The notes below the pieces were generated by a model that had not been told where the DNA came from, ran no database searches, and saw only the letters and a program-made list of their open reading frames with translations. This document shows, one piece after another, positions 46,495 to 62,140 of a stretch of 64,000 nt of DNA. Within the stretch, counting starts at the first letter, position 1; the number at the start of each line of letters is the position of its first letter. This stretch comes from Eledone cirrhosa (Eukaryota), in NCBI GenBank assembly GCA_964016885.1, contig OZ024749.1, positions 4,464,001 to 4,528,000 on the forward strand. The letters are read 5' to 3'. Both the position numbers and the translations under genes were made by a program.

Positions 46495-47103
46495 GTCAGG
46501 TCACCAGTTGGTGCTACTGGTAACATGTATCCCAGTACAACCTGTCTCATGGTCGGGTCGTTGGCGACTAAACTGGCAACCCCACCAAGGTTTCTTGGTG
46601 AGGAGGGTGACTTTGGACATCCTGCAGGACTAAAAACAAAACCTGTCAAAGGGCAAAGGAGCTCTTAAGAGTCAATGGCCATCCAAAATCACCGGGAGAG
46701 ATGACCCCTTAGCCTTTGTCAAGGCAGAATTCTAGGAGAAGGAAAACTCTGATATAACACCTGCAACCCTGATGGTATCCAATGATGTTGACTTGTTCTT
46801 CTTTTTGGTAAATATCATCTTGGTTAAGAGAGTGGGACTGGCTTTGTGCAGTGCCTTTCCTCACTATAAAAGCTTCACAGCACAGGCATTGCTTTATATC
46901 TGGAGATCTCTCTGCACTTGTCATCACATGGTACCATGGGCCCAGCACTATGTGTCAATAATTGTCACAAGTGTAGTGTTTGTACCAGAGTTTTCAAGTC
47001 GCTGGCTGAGACTAAAAAGTCACACTCGTTCAGCGCATCAGTAGGGGTTCTCCTACATGGATATAAAGTAGTGGCCGTACTCGAAAACGAGTTGGCAGCC
47101 ACC

Positions 47104-47105
<2 letters not shown>
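46495..47105 (+). mobile_element. Non-autonomous RTE-derived element, longest copy (~610 bp)
   Basis: RTE-type 5'UTR fused to an RTE 3' end (C2H2 remnant, stop, GGCCGTACTCGAAAACGAGTTGGCAGCCACCAT); microsatellite tail; 32-bp flanking direct repeats. Confidence 0.88.
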
Positions 47106-47135
<30 letters not shown>

Positions 47136-47173
47136 ATGTATATATATGTACGAGTATGTATATATATATATGT

Positions 47174-47207
<34 letters not shown>

Positions 47208-47646
47208 ATGTATATATGTGTACGTGTATGTATATATGTGTATGTATATATATATATATGTGTGTATGTATGTATGTATATATATATGTGTGTATGTATG
47301 TATGTGTGTATGTATGTATATATATGTGTATGTATGTATATCTATATGTATGTATATATATATGTGTGTATGTATGTATGTATATATGTGTATGTATGTA
47401 TATGTGTGTATGTATGTATATATGTATGTATATATATATATGTGGATGTATATATGTGTGTATGTATGTATATATATATGTGTATGTATATGTGGATGTA
47501 TATATGTGTGTATGTATGTATATATATATGTGTATGTATATGTGTATGTATATATATGTGTGTATGTATGTATATATATATATATGTTTATGTATGTATA
47601 TATATATGTGTGTGTATGGCTTGGCCCGGGAGAATAGTTAAGCTAG

Positions 47647-47681
<35 letters not shown>

Positions 47682-47737
47682 ATGTATATATATATATATA
47701 TGTGTGTATGTATATATATATATATATGTATGTATGC

Positions 47738-47773
<36 letters not shown>

Positions 47774-48604
47774 ATGTATGCATGTATATATATATGTGTA
47801 TGTATATATATGTGTATGTATGTATATATATATATATGTGTATGTATGTATATATATATATGTGTATGTATGTATATATATATGTATGTATGTATATATA
47901 TGTGTATGTATGTATATGTATGGGTATGTATGTATAAATGTGTGTATGTATGTATATATATATATATGTGTATGTATGTATAAATGTGTGTATGTATGTA
48001 TATATATATATATATATATGTGTATGTATGTATGTGTGTATGTATGTGTATATATATGTGTATGTATGTGCATATATATGTGTATGTATGTATATATATA
48101 TGTGTATGTATGTATATATGTGTATGTATGTATATATATATATGGGTATGTGTGTATATATATATATGTATGTGTGTATATATATATGTGTATGTGTGTA
48201 TATATATATATGTGTATGTATGTATATATATATATGTGCATGTCTGTATATATATATATCTGTATGTATGTATGTGTGTGTGTATGTATGTATATATATA
48301 TATGTGTGTATGTATATATGTATGTGTGTATGTATATATGTATGTGTGTATGTATGTATGTATGTGTGTATGTATGTATGTGTTTATGTATATGTGTGTG
48401 TATGTATATGTGTGTGTATGTATATGTGTGTGTGTATGTATATGTGTGTATGTATATGTGTGTGTGTATATGTGTGTGTGTATATGTGTGTGTGTGTATA
48501 TATGTGTATATATATATGTGTATGTATATATGTGTGTGTGTGTGTGTGTGTATGTATATGTGTGTGTGTGTATATATATGTGTGTGTATGTATATATGTG
48601 TGTA

Positions 48605-49330
48605 CGGATCCATGGCGTGCACTGGAGGGACCACATCAGTGATGTCGAGATTTTGGATAGCTCTATATGTGACAGTATAGAAGCTCTTGTGCTTAAGCAA
48701 CGACTCCGTTGGAGTGGTCACCTTGCCAGGATGAAGGATTCTAGAATACCAAAACAACTCTTTTATGGAGAGCTGGTTAAAGGAAAACGACCGCCACATA
48801 AACCAAATAAGAGGTATAAGTATTCCTTGAAATCCTCTCTGAAAGACGCTAACATCTCTGCTGATACACGGGAGAATATTGCTGCTGATCGTAATAAATG
48901 GAGACAGACCGTATATGAGGGAAAAGTTGCCTTTGAGGCATCTCGAATCGCATACGAGAAAGTAAAGCGGGATGTGAGGAAGGGCATAGCTGTTGCACTT
49001 CCGGACGGCGAGGGTCATCCTATGGTACTGACATGCAGCGTATGTGCGAGACTCTGCCTAAGCAAAGCTGGACTCGAAAGTCATCTTCGCAGTCATAAAA
49101 TAAGACCAGTGGTTGACTACCAGGCTGCTGTTGGAGATGCTACTCATCATGCTTGCCAAACATGTGGTAGAGAATGTAAATCAGCAGGAGGGCTCAAGCG
49201 ACATGCAAAAGTACACGAACTCCAACCACAGCCGGATATTCCCAGTGAATGTTTTGGTTGCCGACTCTGTGCAAGACATTTTAGATCATTGGCTGGGCTA
49301 AAAAGCCACATTCGACCGCAGCGCTGTTAG
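48605..49330 (+). pseudogene. RTE-clade LINE ORF C-terminus with three C2H2 zinc fingers
   Basis: [38 protein letters not shown] is the RTE post-RT motif; CSVC..H..H, CQTC..H..H, CRLC..H; 5'-truncated into microsatellite. Confidence 0.92.
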
Positions 49331-49586
49331 TTGCTATCGTGTGTGTGTGTGTGTGTGTGGGTGTGTGGGTGTAGATATGCTTATGTGTGTGCGTGTGTGT
49401 GTATATATATATGTATATGTATATTATTATTGTTGTTGTCGTTATTATTATTGTTGTTATGATTATTATTATTATTGTTATTAATGTATGTGTGTGTATA
49501 TGTGAGTGTGTGTGTGTGTATATGTGTATGTATATATATATATATATGTATATACATACACATATACACACACTCACATATACACA

Positions 49587-49625
<39 letters not shown>

Positions 49626-49656
49626 CTTTTTTAAATTTTTTTTTTTTTCTTTCTTC

Positions 49657-49698
49657 TGGTGCAATGGCCATACTCGATAACGAGGGGGCAGCCATCAT
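49657..49698 (+). mobile_element. RTE 3' terminus separated from the ORF by microsatellites
   Basis: TGGCCATACTCGATAACGAGGGGGCAGCCATCAT resembles the tail of the RTE-derived element. Confidence 0.7.
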
Positions 49699-49739
49699 AT
49701 ATGTATATATGTATGTATATATGTATGTATATATATATA

Positions 49740-49921
49740 TAACAAAGGAACTGTGGTAAGGAACTAGATGGACCATAACGCACCAGAGTACTCAATACCT
49801 AGGTTAGTAGATTGGGAAATAGGAAAGAGTATGACCCCGACGGCAGTGCTTAAGCCGTTTCGACGGCTTATTCAGAAATAGCCGTTGAAACGGCTTGAGC
49901 TCTGCCGTTGGGGTCATACTT

Positions 49922-49925
<4 letters not shown>
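49740..49925. mobile_element. PLE pLTR family E foldback
   Basis: Arms 49824-49868 / 49880-49924; longer left arm carries the family tail; minus strand GAAA-CGGC..GCCG-TC-GGGGTC. Confidence 0.75.
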
Positions 49926-49967
<42 letters not shown>

Positions 49968-50084
49968 TTATATACATCGGGTAGGGACTCAAGGCCTGAA
50001 CACACCCTTTTTTCCTTTAAGGTACAAGTGATAGTGATATAGTTGAAGTTCAAAAGAGATGTAAAGAAATAATAGAAAACCGTA

Positions 50085-50220
50085 ATAGACTGGGACTGTA
50101 TTATTCGACCTCGAAAGGACGAAAAGCAATGTTGACCTCGGTATGTTGAAAGAAAGAGCAGTGATTACCGGAACAAATGCCACATAACATTCTATTCAAC
50201 GCCTTAACGTCTGGGCCAGT
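50085..50220 (-). mobile_element. Old diverged SINE (Meta/MESC-like)
   Basis: TCGACCTCGAAAGGACGAAAAGCAATGTTGACCTCGG resembles the reverse-complement core. Confidence 0.55.
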
Positions 50221-50799
50221 TGACAACTTAACAGTAAAGATAACACTATACCGAATCTAAAATAATTGGTGTTTTATATCAAGGAAATATATTAAACACG
50301 CCAATATGCGAGAACATGTCTTTTCCGCTAAACAGTTCATTGATCAATATCTTAATATGTTTATAGAGTACGCAGTGTTCGCTTCAAACCAAAGATTTGC
50401 CGTACAGAAACAGAGAAAGCATTATGTAACCGACCCGTGTGTGATAATTCATTCAAGAGGCTGCCGTGTATTGGAGCCATTCTTTACAAAAATCGTTTTA
50501 AAAACTATACAACTATTCAAACCCTCTCTACACAACTAATACAAAGGAGCAGAATAAAATCAATTGATTATATACATGTGTTTACATGTTTTTATTTTAT
50601 ATCTAATGTGCTATAAATATCGTTGAAGAAATAAATATATTTTCAGTAGCTTCTGTTATATTATTAGGCGTTACATCATCCTGAGATGCGTTGTGTAGTG
50701 GTTAAAAAGTTAGTCTTATTGAGAATGTACTCCCGGGATTTTTCCTAGTCCCGGATAATATGCGTGTGGGGCGGGAGTAGATACATATATATAGTAATG

Positions 50800-50846
50800 T
50801 TAAATGTGAAGACTAAAATCTGAAGAGGGCTCGATAAGGATTATAT

Positions 50847-50915
<69 letters not shown>

Positions 50916-51090
50916 AACCCGTAGATCAAATATTAAAGTTTAAGCAAAGAATCGTTTATTTTAATTTAATTTTTTTTTTTTTTGCTTTGTTTTACTTCTG
51001 CCTCCACTGATTGATTGTTTGCAGCATCATAAAATTCCGTTAAGGGTGAAAGAAGCGATACTTTGCTTAAACTTTATCCTGTTCTTAATA
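50800..51090. mobile_element. PLE pLTR family F fragments in inverted arrangement
   Basis: AAATGTGAAGACT..GAGGGCTCGATAAGGAT (reverse complement of 33116-33155) and CCGTTAAGGGTGAAAG..TTTGCTTAAACTTTA. Confidence 0.7.
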
Positions 51091-51120
51091 TATATATATA
51101 TATCAACTAGAAAGTAATTG

Positions 51121-51151
<31 letters not shown>

Positions 51152-51277
51152 GTAGGAGGTGAGTTTTATTGTAGTACAATAAAGCAATGCAGATATCGGA
51201 TAAGAAGCACTCTACAGTTTGTGGGACTGGAGTATGCATAATATAAGATCAAAAGATGGTTAAAGGAGTTCCATATA

Positions 51278-51344
51278 TTTTATTATGCGCATTTCAAAAA
51301 CAAACATCATCATGCAATAATATTTGTGTTTTCATCAGATAAAA
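51278..51344 (-). ncRNA. Type I hammerhead (family A), intact
   Basis: Minus-strand CTGATGA..GAAA-TGCGCA-TA with TTTTAT/ATAAAA helix I. Confidence 0.85.
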
Positions 51345-51439
51345 CAGGAGAACATGATATGAAGTTGATTTAAAATATAAGTTGATTTAAAACTGCACTA
51401 TCCACAAGTGTTTTTTAGCCTTCATATCATGTTCTCCTG

Positions 51440-51506
51440 TTTTATCTGATGAAAACACAAATATTATTGCATGATGATGTTTGTTTTTAAAATGCGCATA
51501 ATAAAA
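51440..51506 (+). ncRNA. Hammerhead (family A) with GAAA->AAAA mutation
   Basis: G12->A; probably inactive. Confidence 0.7.
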
Positions 51507-51538
51507 TATATGGAACTCCTTTAACCATCTTTTGATCT

Positions 51539-51563
<25 letters not shown>

Positions 51564-51569
<6 letters not shown>

Positions 51570-52219
51570 TATGAAGAGAGAAGAAACATTTAGATATAAT
51601 TAGTAATAAAATGTATCATACCTAAACTGCTCCTAAATTCCTCGACTACGTAGTTTCGTGGCATAAACAAAAACAATATATCAAAGATATAGAGTCCTTG
51701 CGAGGTCTGCCAACTTATCAAGAGGATACCTCATTTTACTAGTCTCAAGAACGCGTCTACACGACGTGAGAAAGAATCCCAAAAGGCGGAGGGGGAGATA
51801 GTCACGCGATATAACGGTCGAGAAACAGAGCTAAGCCTCTTATAACCACGAAGAAAATACCACGGAGGCGGAGGGGGTATTCATATCGAGGCCGTAGAAG
51901 AGGTAGTGAAGAAGGCGAGAAGTACGAGTAATGGAAGCTTTCCAGTTGTCCCCACACTTCAAAGATTGCTCGACCAGAGGGAGTTATTAATATATTTAGA
52001 AACACACAGATACATGCGGACACACACATATATACATGAATGCATCCGCACCCAACTGCGAGTTAAGGGTGCCAACTTCACCGATGTTGCTCAATGAATG
52101 ACTGGGACAGACCAATTCAGTTTGAACCAGACTGAACCAGTATCAGAGTTAAAAATACATTATGAAGAGAGAAGAAACATTTAGATATAATTAGTAATAA
52201 AATGTATCATACCTAAACT
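51564..52219 (-). mobile_element. 591-bp hammerhead-containing unit bounded by 65-bp direct repeats (family G)
   Basis: 51564-51628 is identical to 52155-52219; HHR adjacent to the repeat. Confidence 0.75.
51639..51726 (-). ncRNA. Degenerate type I hammerhead (family G)
   Basis: Minus strand: TCCTC-TTGATAA-GTTGGCA..TGCCAC-GAAA-CTACGTAG-TC-GAGGA; two core substitutions, palindromic helix III, GUC site. Confidence 0.7.
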
Positions 52220-52412
52220 TTATTTTACTCTCTCTCTCTCACTCCTCACTTTCTATCTCCCTCTCACACATCCTTCTCTCTCTGGCCGTTATGGAAATCA
52301 CACACACACACACGCACGCACGCACGCACGCACGCACAAACAAACACAAACGCGCGCGCACGCACATACGCGCGCACAAACACAAACGCGCGCGCACGCA
52401 CATACGCGCGCA

Positions 52413-52460
<48 letters not shown>

Positions 52461-52713
52461 CACACAATCCCATAACGTCGTGTTGTGGAAGGGGGAGAGT
52501 TAAGAAGTGTGTAAAAGAAACGCTCTCTCTCTTTATGGTGCTATAAGATTATAAAATTGAAGTTTGTGACTTCGAAATTAATCATTATGAAATAATTTTT
52601 TTCTTGATGTTACAAACTGTAGCCTATTTTGGCTATGTGTTTAATTTGACAGAGATCGATGGAATATTTTCCAAGTGAAACTCTTTTACACACACACACA
52701 CACACAGAACGGG

Positions 52714-52749
<36 letters not shown>

Positions 52750-53117
52750 TTGGGCATATGTTCTTAGTATGTGGGCGTATGTGTGTATTGGAATGCATTA
52801 GCAGGGCTACTTTGTGCGTATATATACAAATATATTCATGTGATTGTGTACATGTGTGGGTGTAACGATTCATGTCTGCGTGTGCACGTGTTAGTATGTG
52901 AGTTGAACATTCAAAGTCTAGATTTTGCGGAGGGCTGTAATGTAAATAAGAATGACAAAGGAAAAGTCATGTTTTAGGGGTGTCGTATTACAATTCCCCA
53001 GTATAAGGTCATCACATCAGTAGTGACAATTCACACTGGACATACTACGGACTCGAAGTAAATAAATAAATTACTTGATGAATGAAATTATTCATAGTGA
53101 GTCTACTAATAAAGATA

Positions 53118-53262
53118 ATGATTTGTACCATAGGCACAAGGCCAGCAATTTGGGGAGAGGGGAGGGTCGATTAAATCGTCACCAGCACATTACTGGTACT
53201 TTATTTTATTGACCCCCGTAAGGATGAAAGGCAAAGCTAACCTCTTCGGGATTTGAACTACG
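53118..53262 (-). mobile_element. SINE (Meta/MESC-like), variant with longer tail
   Basis: Reverse-complement B-box and core, GGCACAAGGCCAGCAATT tail. Confidence 0.85.
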
Positions 53263-53707
53263 TAATGAAGATAGTATATACAAGACAATCACAATAGCAT
53301 CTACATGTATATATGTGTATGCACGCACATGCACACATGCACCCACACATGCACGCACACATGCACACGCACACATGTCTTGACGCACGTAGCCATGCAT
53401 AGACACACATGTACAGAAGCATAGATATCCACGCACAAGTGTAAACGCCCATTGTCATACATATATACATATAGAGGCATACAGACATATATATACACAC
53501 ACACACACAGACACACACACACACACACCTACATACACACATGTACGCGTGCAAATACATATACATTCATAAATCCATGCATATACTCACTCACGCGTAA
53601 ATACATATGTACACACACGCAAGCAGTCGCAAATATACAAGGAACTGATAAAGATAGACACAGACGTAAATGTATGTATACACACACAAACATACATATT
53701 TACAAAT

Positions 53708-53739
<32 letters not shown>

Positions 53740-53997
53740 GTTCAGCCTAGAAAGTTTCTCTTCGAGGCACAAGTCCGGGCAAGACCAGTGGTCGTCCATG
53801 CATATCCAGTCTCCCCTTTCCAAGCCACTGATGTTGTCCAAAGGAAAGGCAATGACTGATACAGCTTGGCGCCAGTGACGTCACGACTTATTTCTTCAGC
53901 TGAGTATACTGGACCAACGTGAAATAAAGTCTCTTGCTCAAGGACACAACGCACCATACGGTCCGAGAATTGAACTCACAACCTTACGATTGCAAGC
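53740..53997 (-). mobile_element. tRNA-derived SINE with V-domain-like core
   Basis: Minus-strand B-box GAGTTCAATTC followed by GTTGTGTCCTTGAGCAAGAGACTTT. Confidence 0.7.
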
Positions 53998-56900
53998 ACA
54001 CTCACACACATGCACCCTCACACATATGCACTCACACACATGCACACTCACACACATGCACATTCACAAGTGCGCGTATGTACGCACACAGTCAATAGGT
54101 GACTCCAAATCTGGAACCACGTTAGTTCCGAAACTAAATACTGAGCCTCATATCTTTGTCAACGGCAATGTGTATGTAGTGCTGCCATTGATATATTGGA
54201 GTAGCCATCATAATGATCATATCGACAAAACTAACCCTACATATATGTCTGATGAATCTCATGAAGCGTTTGTTGGTACGAATAATTGTAGCAATAACTG
54301 TGCTTTGCCAGTCACGGTCAAATGATTCAGATGTTTAAATACTTTTTTGTGAGTACGTTCCGAATGCGTGCCATCTTTGATAATTGTCATCTAACATTGC
54401 CCTGGGTCAGTTGATGGGTTTTATTGAAATCGGGTCAAAAGAAACTTGCTTTACCTGTCAGATGGACTGTACATGTACTTCAAAATGTCAACCTTATGAT
54501 GTGAGTCACATTCAATCTCCCGAGATTTGCCGTCAGGTTACACGTGCGTGTGTGTGTGTTTAACACTAGCATGTTAAATTCATTGAGACTATTCTGTTGA
54601 TCAAAGACTAGAACACTCATCGTTGTGACCGTTGGAGGTCCAAACCACTTCCTCTATTCGTTTTAAATGAAGCACCAATCGAACAAAACTTTGTTCGATC
54701 CATAATTCAGATCCGAGCAGCTGTCACAAAAGCGATAGTTAAAGAAATAAAACTCAACATGCATATTTTGTCCTCTATTGGAAATCGAGCAAAAGCAAAA
54801 CATCATGTAATGCAATATGCCGGGATCCAATGAAACAAAAATATATTTAAAAAAAAGGTTATTTGCTTAAAACATATTACGTAATGTTCTTTGATACAAA
54901 ACATTTTGTGGATATTTCTTTCTTACACAGATTTTGTTCGCTTGTTCATCTGGCAAAATATAATTCTTTCAAAGATCACAGGAAGAATTTATCATCAATT
55001 CGGAAAACTTGAGATATATTCTAGTGTTGTTATTGTATTGTAATGCGGCTATTCACAGGCCATGCTCCCTACATTTATGGGTATTTTTTTTTACACCCTC
55101 TATATCTTCCATTTCTAAATATTATACATTGCGGCAGAAATATTGATACTGAGCGAGAGTCTAGTTCAATAGAATAAACACAAATAACAATTGTAACGCT
55201 ATCTTTACCACTACAGAATTTCGCAGAGAAGGTGATAACTATGAATGTTATGGATTGGCAGAATATGTACAACTATTGGAGGGAGAACTAAGAATGGCTT
55301 GTACCTTGAAATATGCTCACGTCATACTCTTATCGTGCCCAATTCACATTGATGTAAACAGTTTTTTTTATTCCTTTTGTGATATAACACACATGATGGT
55401 GTAAAATACCTCGACCAACTCAAACGTGTATATTGATTCATTAATATTTATTATTCGACATTTTTCACCAGAACATGCATATGATTACAGAAGACAAACA
55501 TAACAATAGAACCACCATTATCTAATGGTTATATTTAGGATTGTCTTACTGAATATGTGTCAGGGAATCTTCCCATCAAGACAAATGCATACGATAGTCG
55601 TTAATGGGTCGGGATTAATCTTGTGAGAACATTTTATATATTAGTTTATGTTGCGATTTGTGATACAAAGCGTATGAATCCATACGTGGTGAATTCTGAA
55701 ATAGCAGCATGCTGATTATTCAATATTCCAAGGAAGCTTTTCCGTATAAAACCATTAGCTTTTTACCTGGAAAGGAAATCAAGACGGGGATTATATAACT
55801 TCAGTTACTGAACATAAAGCTACTGAAAATGTAATTTACGTGCAGTAATTAAGTCAGTATTTAAACCCAAAATTATGACGACCATAATTGACACCGCTTC
55901 TGGCACTGTAATATTGACAATGGCATTCATATTATTTGCTCTTACTACCATATTTTCATTTTATCTAAGGTATTAGGAATGTTATTGCGTACAAAAAAAA
56001 ACCCAAAGAATTGTGTAGTAATGAGAATCATATGAGGTATAATCTTCTATTCTCATTTCAGAGAAAAGACGATTGACGTGAAATAATTAAAAGTGAATTG
56101 TATGTTTATATGGTTTGATTTTTGTTACACCACATAACCCTACCACAATGCATTTCAACTTTAACTATCAGTGATAATGGGTTCCAATTAATCTTATACC
56201 TGCTGTGAACTATTTTAAAATGATGTTGCATTAAAACAATATTGCATTGTTCGTATGTATCGCCAAGAGAATTACATTTGTCACTAATTACAAACATGAT
56301 ATTCGATTTAACTTTTCCCTTATTTGCATTGATGCATAAAATAATGAATAAAAGACGCGAGTATGTATATACATATATATATAATACATATATCTACTAT
56401 ATAAATTGGAAGTGGTCGGACGTTGTATATGTAGGTGTAGTCGGATAAACGTCGAAATGGCTTGGTGGAATGCAGCGAAAATTTATAGTTATGCAGAATG
56501 ACACGAGGAGGCGTTGCGTCGACTCAAGTTACAAGCTTCCATGGTTACGGAGAAAATCGATGAAACATAATTTCCCATTTAAATTGAACTGAGAGTAATC
56601 TGTGAACGCAGATGTAAATATTTCGAGAAACGCTGCAACCGAAGGAAAACAGGAAGACGATAGTTTGGTTTTTGAAGACGTTCCCTGGCAATAAACGAAA
56701 AAAAGCTTGGATAATACGTCATGTGGATCGAGAAAAACAATTTCATGCAAAGACAAGACCAAGTTTATGGATGGTATAAATGGAGACGTTAGACTAATAT
56801 ACTATTTAAAATAAAAGAAGTATTTCCAGCCCTGGAGTTTAAGAATGATGTAAATAAAATTGAAAACGAAAATGACAGAGGTTATTAAAATAGTAAAAGT

Positions 56901-57024
56901 AAATAGTGAAGATTTAGGCCAGTACATACGTATGCCCCGACGGACATATACATTCATACGCACACACAAATACATACACACCCCAAAACACGCACAGGCA
57001 CACACACACGCACACATACGCACG

Positions 57025-57429
57025 CGTGCATATGTATAAATCTTATGCATTTCTAAGGTAGTTGCACCAAACTTAAGACTTAGGTTACTTATGTACCTTG
57101 GATAGTCATTGGCACATTTATCTTTCCAGATATTGATTATAGGGCCTCCCAGAAGATAACCCCCTTTAACCTCTTCGAGACGACTGGAGCACTGCAGTGC
57201 AATGCAACAAAACGTCATAACTTCTGGAGTTCGCAACCGATTTTCACAAATTTTGACACAAGGGCTACGTTTGTTCTACAGATAAATGTGAACTCTCAAC
57301 ATTGGCACATATTGAGTAGAAGAACCCAGGGGGCAGGCACCCATTTTGGTAAAAGCCGATGAATTTGTAAAAGTATAGTTTTCGAAGCGGCACTGAAGTA
57401 TTGACATACATGGTATACACCTCTGCTAG
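57025..57429 (+). mobile_element. Helitron-like element
   Basis: ACCGATTTTCACAAATTTT motif as in the 2589 element; ends CTGCTAG-T before (AT)n; terminal hairpin decayed. Confidence 0.45.
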
Positions 57430-57430
57430 T

Positions 57431-59525
<2,095 letters not shown>

Positions 59526-61081
59526 TTATTCAGTTGCTGCAAACATAGATTAAACTCAACTTTTAAATATAAATTTAAATTTAAAATGTAGTATATTTAG
59601 TTTTGATTTATAATTATTTGGGAAACTAGCCGATAAATCTTTTGATTTCTTCTTTTTATTCTTCTTTTTATTTTTATTTTTATTTAAACATTCTTCATGA
59701 AAAATTAAACTACCCTAAAAGTTGATGCTCCAAATATTTCGAATAAACGTTACACTAGATAAACTTCTATATTAAATATAAGAACATATGTAGACAAATG
59801 GGTATCCTAAACTTTTTGAAATGATTTTTGCTAGACGCGATTTGGTAAATAATTTTTAGCTTTATCTGTTTTCGACTCAGATGCTTATAATGAACTTGGC
59901 AATATATTGTCAATTAATTTTGAAGGGTTCTTTGTGGTCGATTTGCGTGGCATATTATGTTTCTATTATGTTTTTATTTTTATTATTGTAATATTTTTTA
60001 ATATTTTTAATATTTTTATTTTTAATATGTAATCTTTTTTATTTTTTAGTTTTCTATTTTATTTATTTGTTTATTATTATTTTTTATTATTATTTATTAT
60101 TATTATTATTATTATTATTTTTTGTTTTTGTTTCTGATATTTTTTATTAATATATTGAAATCTGTTCTCTATTTCTACTTGATAGATAATCATGTAGAGT
60201 AAAGACAAGAATAGTATTGTTAAAATTAATATAGACTCTATATATATGTGTATATATATACACATATATGTATACTTAAATTTTTATAGCACAATGAGAA
60301 TGTTCTCCGTGTGAAATAGGGGTTTGCAGAGTTGATCACGTAAATTCACATCGATGTTTGTAGTTATCATATAAACATATGAATTTTTAAAACTAGACAT
60401 AAGATCATTACTTTTCACACATTATGGATACGTGTCTCATTCAGGAATACTGATATTTACATTATAGTGCCTGGTTTTTATACGTACTAATATTTCTACA
60501 TTATACATAGGGTTTTTAAACTATGCCTCGCCTATGTCTGGTTACTTTTCATTTTTCTCTCTATATAACGGCTGGTGTCTTTCCTAACCACATATATCAC
60601 CCTTACATTCATACTAGAGCTAAATAAATAAATAAATAAATAAATAAATGTATCATTGATACGTTCATTCAACGGATGTCCAACTACCTACTTTTCTCTA
60701 TATATATATCTATCTCTATCTATTTCCTCTCTCTATATATATCTCTCTCTGTTTCTTTACATGAAGTTCTTCTCTTTATCTATCTTTCCATCTCTCTATT
60801 TTGTTGCATGCATTTCTTCTTTTTCTTCTTTTTCTTCGTTTTCTTTCTTTCTTTCCTTCTTTGTCTCTTTCTTTCTTTCTGTTTACAATTTTTCACTACC
60901 AAATCAACTTTTTCAAATACAAGTCGATGTTGAACGTTATGTCAAATCTATTTATCTATAAAACTGTCTATATTGTATTTTGTCTGAGGAAGGCATAACA
61001 TATTGTTAATATGATATCCCTGAAATATATATAATGAAATAAATATGGTTTTATAAATATAGTTTCCATTTATTTAATATC

Positions 61082-62140
<1,059 letters not shown>

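Larger units (their letters stand above)
51153..51541. mobile_element. PLE family A foldback with two hammerheads
   Basis: Inverted arms; junction has GTTGATTTAAAA duplicated; long tail on the left arm. Confidence 0.9.

Noticed and set aside
46500-46610. Twister ribozyme in the RTE 5'UTR
   Set aside because: Lacks the conserved GUNNNAAGC loop and pseudoknot pairings
54080-56800. Non-repetitive stretch that might hold host exons
   Set aside because: Only short ORFs without recognisable motifs; needs RNA-seq or homology evidence
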